DNA from: Patescibacteria group bacterium
GTDB taxonomy: Bacteria > Patescibacteriota > Minisyncoccia > Phycocordibacterales > Phycocordibacteraceae
Reading direction: 5' to 3'
Assembly (NCBI GenBank): GCA_019744845.1
Contig: JAIETW010000001.1
Location: 80,299-144,298, forward strand
Length of the DNA stretch: 64,000 nt
The translations under genes were made by a program, and so were the position numbers. Within the stretch, counting starts at the first letter, position 1; each line of letters opens with the position of its first letter. The notes under the pieces are model-generated. The model was given only the letters and a program-made list of their open reading frames with translations, was not told the origin of the DNA and did no database searches. This document shows, in pieces, positions 58,783-64,000 of this stretch.

Positions 58783-61527
58783 TTAAAGAGATAAGTACCG
58801 CTTCCGGATGGCGCCTTCTACCGTTGCGCGATCACGACCATAGGTAAGGTATGAAAGTTCACGAAGATCATCCACCTGATCCAAGTTCCCCTTTGCGAGA
58901 TCACGAGTCTTAATGTTAAACGGCTTCTGCGGCACGCCGTTTGCAAGCAAGCGAATATACGCATTGCGGTTCTCAATATTCACGAAATCAAGCGCAGAGA
59001 ACACCGGTGCAAATTGTTTTGCAAAGAACTCGCCATCTTCCTCACCCACACGGAAGATCGCCATAGAACCGACGTTACCAAACACTGCATCACGAATATT
59101 CTCATCTACCTGCTTCAAGAACTGGTGCGCGATAGTCAATGAAAGCTTGTACTTACGAGCCTCAGAGAGAATGCCTGGAATAGACTTGGTCGTAATGTTC
59201 TGGAACTCGTCAATGTAGAGATAGAACGGTGGGAAATCACCACGAGGATTATCTGCGCGTCCAAGGGCGGACATAAAGAGCTTGCCGACAATGATAAGAC
59301 CGAGGAGGTTTGCGTTACGTTCACCAAGACGACCCTTAGAAAGGTTCACCAGGAGAATCTTTCGGTTATCCATGATTTCCCGGAAGTTAAAGGAAGATTC
59401 CTGCTGACCCATAATTGGACGCATGAAGTCGTTCGCAATAAATTCATCAAACTTGTTGGTGATGTACGGCACAATGTTCTGGAGTGAGGCCTCACCTTCT
59501 GCCTTGGTGGCAATCTCTTCCCAGAACTGATTCACGACCATGTTATTGCTCTTCGCGAGCTTACGGTAGCGGAACTCTGAGTTAGAGAGCACACGAGAAA
59601 TATCAAGCATGGTAGAGCCTGACTCTGGATCCTCCATCACGAGCTGAGTCGCGTTACGGAAGTACTGTTCAAAGGCAGGGCCCATAGATTCCGGCACATC
59701 TCCATAGAGCTGACGGAAGATCATAAGAAGTTCGTTCACAATGAAGGACTTCTGCTCAGGACGCTGTGGATCGTACTCAAGCATGTTCAAACCAAACGGA
59801 CGATCAATGTATGCTGGATCAAAGTAGATCACGTCGTTGTAACGCTCTGGTGGGACAGTCGCAAGCACCTCAAGAATGTCGTTACCGTGTGGGTCAATGA
59901 AACAGACACCCTCACCATTCTTAATGTCTTGCTCTATAAGCGTACGCAAGAATCCGGTCTTACCAGTACCAGTCTGACCGATCACATAGAGGTGGCGGAG
60001 ACGATCCTGCGTATCCATGAACACCTCGCTCTTCGTACCTCTAAAGATGTTAGAACCAAGATGGATTCCCTTCTGTGGAAGCCCAACAGGTGCGGCTGCG
60101 GCAGTGAAGCGAGACTGCTTCAAGTGTGGTGAGGAATCAATTCCCTTTGGTGGGAAGTGATACATGGTCGTAAGCTCACGCAGTGAGAGCGGCATCGTAT
60201 TCTCGTGTGAGAACAAACGGAAAGAGAAATCACGGAAGTGCTTTTTTTCTTTTCCTCCCTTCATACGCTTCCACTCCACTCGGTTCCCCTGGGTCGCTTC
60301 AAACTGGTTAAAGGACGATTCCAGTTCCCCAAGCACCTGGTTGGCTTTAATAGGATCTGGAGACGAAACCACAATACGCATAGTGGTATCAACAACGGGA
60401 GCCGCAATCTTTGCCTCCACTGACTTTACGGTCGCCTCTTCAATGTTTTCCCTGTTTGGCTTCAGGTCAAAGATCGCTCCTTCAATATCATGCACAAACT
60501 CTCCCATAAGGTTCTCGGGGAGCGAGAGCGCACGCATGCGCGGCATACCACGACGAAGCTCGTACAAGATACGACGGAAGTGCTTCACATACTTATCTCC
60601 TCGGGGCTTAATAATCACCTGAAGTGAGGCGCCCTCTCCTTCGTTCTCAATCTTCGCGAATGCGTTCAATATTGAGTTGAGTGGATCGTAATCAAATTCT
60701 GAGTAGTCCTTAAGTGCAAGCGCAGGCTTGTCTGCAAGTGTCGCAACTGATCCCACCGCAACACCGTCCTGTGCAAATACGTTGTAATCGTTTGGCTGCA
60801 CCGTAATGACTGCGTTCGGGAAGATAGCGAGAATCTGTTTTTCAAAAAGAGAGGTCTTGCTCTTTGGAATAGCGGCATAGAACTGAAGATGTGGATCATC
60901 TACAGGAACTGAAAGTTCAAGAGAGAAGTATGGAGGCTCTCCTGCATACGTAGATTCTACCGACATCATTCCTGAGTAGAACTGCTCCATTGAAGAAATG
61001 ACTTCTTTAAGCTGTTTGTTACGAGTCTCCGCCTTATCTGCATCTTCAGCGTTCGGTTCTGGAAGAGAGATCTCATACAGCGTCATTTGGAGCGCTTTCC
61101 ACTCTGGCTGGTTTTCTCCAAGACCGCGAATACGCATGCCCGCGAGGAGATATGCGACAAGGAAACGATGGAAGTCGTCCTCTAGGTGCGGATTCTTAAG
61201 CTTCTCAAGAATAGAGAGTGCGTTATGGATACCCCTGGTTTCCATAATCCCGCGAAGCTCAAGCATCGTCGCGTCATCACTCTCGGGGTCTAGATTGAGT
61301 GCAATATCCTGCATCTCAGACTCCGACATACGAAATTCAGGATGGAGCACCTCTTCAGCAGGAGTCTGCTTGTGATGAATGATGCGCTCATGGATGATCT
61401 CAGCACGAGAAGATCCCTGCTTCAGCGCCTCAAGCTCACGTTCCTTTGCCTCTACTTGTGCGCGTAGGTGTTCAAGCTCCTCTTCGTGTGAGGATATGGG
61501 GTGATGTCCTTCCACATTCTGTGGCAT
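58783..61527 (-). CDS. VirB4/VirD4/HerA-like P-loop ATPase (T4SS coupling-protein-like)
   Basis: DRLRHLYVIGQTGTGKT, IDPHG, LYIDEFQN, SEARKYKL, AHQF. Confidence 0.88.
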   Translation of the reverse strand: MPQNVEGHHPISSHEEELEHLRAQVEAKERELEALKQGSSRAEIIHERIIHHKQTPAEEVLHPEFRMSESEMQDIALNLDPESDDATMLELRGIMETRGIHNALSILEKLKNPHLEDDFHRFLVAYLLAGMRIRGLGENQPEWKALQMTLYEISLPEPNAEDADKAETRNKQLKEVISSMEQFYSGMMSVESTYAGEPPYFSLELSVPVDDPHLQFYAAIPKSKTSLFEKQILAIFPNAVITVQPNDYNVFAQDGVAVGSVATLADKPALALKDYSEFDYDPLNSILNAFAKIENEGEGASLQVIIKPRGDKYVKHFRRILYELRRGMPRMRALSLPENLMGEFVHDIEGAIFDLKPNRENIEEATVKSVEAKIAAPVVDTTMRIVVSSPDPIKANQVLGELESSFNQFEATQGNRVEWKRMKGGKEKKHFRDFSFRLFSHENTMPLSLRELTTMYHFPPKGIDSSPHLKQSRFTAAAAPVGLPQKGIHLGSNIFRGTKSEVFMDTQDRLRHLYVIGQTGTGKTGFLRTLIEQDIKNGEGVCFIDPHGNDILEVLATVPPERYNDVIYFDPAYIDRPFGLNMLEYDPQRPEQKSFIVNELLMIFRQLYGDVPESMGPAFEQYFRNATQLVMEDPESGSTMLDISRVLSNSEFRYRKLAKSNNMVVNQFWEEIATKAEGEASLQNIVPYITNKFDEFIANDFMRPIMGQQESSFNFREIMDNRKILLVNLSKGRLGERNANLLGLIIVGKLFMSALGRADNPRGDFPPFYLYIDEFQNITTKSIPGILSEARKYKLSLTIAHQFLKQVDENIRDAVFGNVGSMAIFRVGEEDGEFFAKQFAPVFSALDFVNIENRNAYIRLLANGVPQKPFNIKTRDLAKGNLDQVDDLRELSYLTYGRDRATVEGAIRKRYLSL

Positions 61528-61542
61528 ATAGCCTTAAGTATA

Positions 61543-61576
61543 ACAGCACCACGCCCGTGAAAGAGCGTGGTGCTGT
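61543..61576 (-). terminator. Hairpin (likely terminator) after the holin-like gene
   Basis: ACAGCACCACGC-N10-GCGTGGTGCTGT 12-bp perfect stem. Confidence 0.7.
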
Positions 61577-61593
61577 AGAAAAGAACCTGTAAT

Positions 61594-61920
61594 TTACTTC
61601 CTGACCCCGAAGAGTGCGGTAATCAAGGAAAGGATGATCGCAAAGAAGAGCGCGGACCAGAATCCTGCAACCGCAAACCCAGGCACAATAGCACTCGCGA
61701 GCATGATGAGAAGCGCGTTCACCACCAAGGAGAAAAGACCAAGGGTGATGATGTTAATCGGAAGCGTGAGGATCGTAATGATCGGCTTCACGAACACATT
61801 AATAAGCGCGAGGACAACAGCAAGCACAATTGAGCCAAGGAGTGTCACCTCTACGCCCGGAATAAGATAGGCAGCGAGAAGAATCGCAATTGCCGTGACA
61901 AGCCAGTGTATGAAGTTCAT
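61594..61920 (-). CDS. YvlD/phage-holin-4 family membrane protein
   Basis: INVFVKPI..ILTLPINIITLGLF.LVVNA. Confidence 0.88.
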   Translation of the reverse strand: MNFIHWLVTAIAILLAAYLIPGVEVTLLGSIVLAVVLALINVFVKPIITILTLPINIITLGLFSLVVNALLIMLASAIVPGFAVAGFWSALFFAIILSLITALFGVRK

Positions 61921-61975
61921 GTAGTTCAGTTAAAGCCTAGTAACACCTCACAGCATACTCTCTTCACGTGATGAC

Positions 61976-62878
61976 TTAATGAAGAAGGGTGTACAAGAGC
62001 GCCATACGCACATAGAGACCATTTCGTGCCTGCTCAAAGTACCGAGCGTGTGGGGACGCATCTACCTCCGGTTCAATCTCATCTACACGAGGAAGTGGGT
62101 GCATGATGATTGCTTCTTCCTTCATACGATCAGCCACCTCACGGGTAATAACGTAACGACCCTTAAACTTCAGGTACTCATCCTTGCTTGGGAAGCGCTC
62201 CTTCTGAATACGGGTCTGATAGATCACATCTGCGTCTTTGAGTACGGACTCCATATCCTCGGTTTCGCTAAAGGAAATTCCCTTCTCGGTAAGGTGGTCT
62301 TTGATATCTGAAGCCATACCAAGTTCGCTTGGCGCCACAAAGGTAATCTTCACTCCTGGATACTTTGAGAGCATGTATACAAAGGAGCGTACGGTGCGTC
62401 CGTTCTTAAGATCGCCTACAAATGCCACGTGCTTCCCTGATACTTCTCCAAACTCCTTACGCACCGTATACAAATCAAGAAGTGCCTGTGTTGGGTGCTG
62501 ACCAATACCATCTCCTGCGTTCACGACTGGAACTTCAGAGGCTAGAGCCGCCTTGGCCGCAGATCCCACTTCTGGATGACGAATGACAATGACATCTGCA
62601 TAACCATTGATCACACGGATCGTATCCTCAAGCGTCTCTCCTTTTGCTGCAGAAGAAAACTCTCCTGCGTTCTCCGTACCAATGACCGCACCTCCTAGCT
62701 TCACCATCGCGGATTCAAACGAAAGACGAGTACGCGTGGATGGCTCATAGAAAAGACTTGCCATGGTCTTCCCGGAAAGTGCCGTTGGTTCAGGAGACTC
62801 CTGTAAACGATCCGCAAGCGTAAAAAGAGTTTCAAGTGACTCCTGATCAAACTGCTGTGTTTCTACGACGTGCTTCAT
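61976..62878 (-). CDS. pyrB: Aspartate carbamoyltransferase catalytic subunit
   Basis: FYEPSTRTRLSF, KGETL, HPTQALLD, MHPLPR. Confidence 0.97.
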   Translation of the reverse strand: MKHVVETQQFDQESLETLFTLADRLQESPEPTALSGKTMASLFYEPSTRTRLSFESAMVKLGGAVIGTENAGEFSSAAKGETLEDTIRVINGYADVIVIRHPEVGSAAKAALASEVPVVNAGDGIGQHPTQALLDLYTVRKEFGEVSGKHVAFVGDLKNGRTVRSFVYMLSKYPGVKITFVAPSELGMASDIKDHLTEKGISFSETEDMESVLKDADVIYQTRIQKERFPSKDEYLKFKGRYVITREVADRMKEEAIIMHPLPRVDEIEPEVDASPHARYFEQARNGLYVRMALLYTLLH

Positions 62879-63657
62879 ACGCGGTATTGGTTAATCTCAT
62901 CACGGAGCTCCTGTGCAGCCTTCTTTGGATCTTCTGCAAAGATGATGCCCCGAGAGGAGGAGATAATGAGGTTACTGCCTCCTGCTTCAACGACAGCCTT
63001 CACATCTCCACCCTGTGCGCCGACACCAGGAACCAAGAAAGTCATCTCTGGTGCGACTTCGCGTACCTTCTGCATCTCCTCTGGATAGGTGGCGCCTACT
63101 ACAAGCATACAGTTTCCATTCTCATTCCACTCTCCTGCTACCTTTCGTGCGACAGTGAGCCAGAGCGGGCTTCCATCTGCGACAAGATCCTGCAGTTCTC
63201 CAGCACCAGGGTTAGAGGTACGACAAAGCACAATGCTTGTCTTATCTTTGCGTGCGAGAAATGGAGCGAGCGCTTCTTTACCAAGATATGGATGGAGCGT
63301 GACCGCATCTGCGCCAAGCCAGTTAAAGCTCATGGTTACGTATCCTTCGTTCGTATTCCCAATGTCTGCACGCTTTGCATCAAGAATGGTGAAGTGTGAA
63401 GGATACTTCTCCTTTAGATAGTCAAAGACCATCTTGAGCTCCTTCATTCCCTCTTCCCCGCGTGCTTCAAAAAATGCACTGTTTGGTTTGTATGCCGCGA
63501 CATACTCTGCAGTCTCATCAATGATCCACTGACAGAAGGAGAGCTGTGGGAGTGCGTCTGCCTTAAAACGTTCAGGTAGTTTATTGAAATCAGCGTCAAG
63601 CCCAACGCACACGAGCGTGTTTCCTTCCTTTACTCGTGCGTCGTATTTCGTATTCAT
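62875..63657 (-). CDS. pyrF: Orotidine-5'-phosphate decarboxylase
   Basis: CVGLD, DAKRADIGNT, RTSNP, VVGAT, PGVGAQGG, SSRGI. Confidence 0.96.
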   Translation of the reverse strand: MNTKYDARVKEGNTLVCVGLDADFNKLPERFKADALPQLSFCQWIIDETAEYVAAYKPNSAFFEARGEEGMKELKMVFDYLKEKYPSHFTILDAKRADIGNTNEGYVTMSFNWLGADAVTLHPYLGKEALAPFLARKDKTSIVLCRTSNPGAGELQDLVADGSPLWLTVARKVAGEWNENGNCMLVVGATYPEEMQKVREVAPEMTFLVPGVGAQGGDVKAVVEAGGSNLIISSSRGIIFAEDPKKAAQELRDEINQYRV

Positions 63658-64000
63658 GCTATTCCTTTCTTCTCAAGAAACTTCTTGCCGTGCCCGACTG
63701 CCGTATTCACCGGCACTCCCGCTTCACACAGTGGACATTCTTCTTCTGGGTATGACTCTGCAGAAAGTTCAGAAAGCCAGCTAAACGGTGCACCGATGCT
63801 TTCTGAGTTAATTGTCTTTGGATCACGATTCACCATCACACACACCTGCACCACATTGCCTCCAACCTCACGTACCGCATTTACCACCTTCTTTACCGAT
63901 CCTCCGGTAGATGTGGTGTCCTCAAGTACGAGGACGTTCTTTCCATTTACCACCTTGTCATAGCTGCGACGGAACACCTGATCTTCTTCATCGCCCTTCT
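63654..64000 (-). CDS. pyrE: Orotate phosphoribosyltransferase, C-terminal part
   Basis: VLVLEDTTSTGGS PRPP-binding motif; directly upstream of pyrF. Confidence 0.85.
   Translation of the reverse strand, partial: KGDEEDQVFRRSYDKVVNGKNVLVLEDTTSTGGSVKKVVNAVREVGGNVVQVCVMVNRDPKTINSESIGAPFSWLSELSAESYPEEECPLCEAGVPVNTAVGHGKKFLEKKGIA

Noticed and set aside
58783-61527. Conjugative element/ICE
   Set aside because: No relaxase, integrase or mating-pair genes adjacent.
61594-61920. Prophage lysis gene (and the baseplate-like gene at 878-2104 as prophage)
   Set aside because: No endolysin, terminase, capsid or integrase nearby; both are embedded in housekeeping context.

Overview
Gene-dense chromosomal segment, almost entirely minus-strand, read with genetic code 11 (TGA is used as a stop). 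Gene content and sequence style point to a Patescibacteria/CPR organism, most likely Parcubacteria; this is inferred from a truncated AlaRS, an FtsA-like + baseplate-J-like gene pair, a VirB4/VirD4-like ATPase, a sigma4/HARE-HTH protein and minimal ATP synthase epsilon/delta subunits. The window holds infA-rpmJ-rpsM-rpsK', alaS, leuS, mnmA, tgt, ychF, a DNA-repair/nuclease cluster, purL-Q-E-M-C-B, pyrE'-F-B, a full atpBEFHAGDC operon, uvrB/uvrA/uvrC interrupted by a GNAT + ATP-citrate lyase (aclBA) module, ddl, mltG and four tRNAs. No CRISPR array, rRNA, transposase or integrase is visible. The most striking unexplained structure is at 5.7-7.0 kb. Two single-gene units, each with its own -10 promoter, are delimited by 27-bp direct repeats that resemble an adjacent orphan tRNA-Gln 3' end. 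This looks like an integron-like, tRNA-anchored gene-cassette array. Other notable items are an ATP-cone/Mrr-like nuclease next to a Cas4-like nuclease, a minimised NER system, a degenerate PurE, pervasive leaderless promoters, and a kinase/IMPase/dehydrogenase trio beside tRNA-Ala. All calls were made by eye from motifs; no database searches were run.
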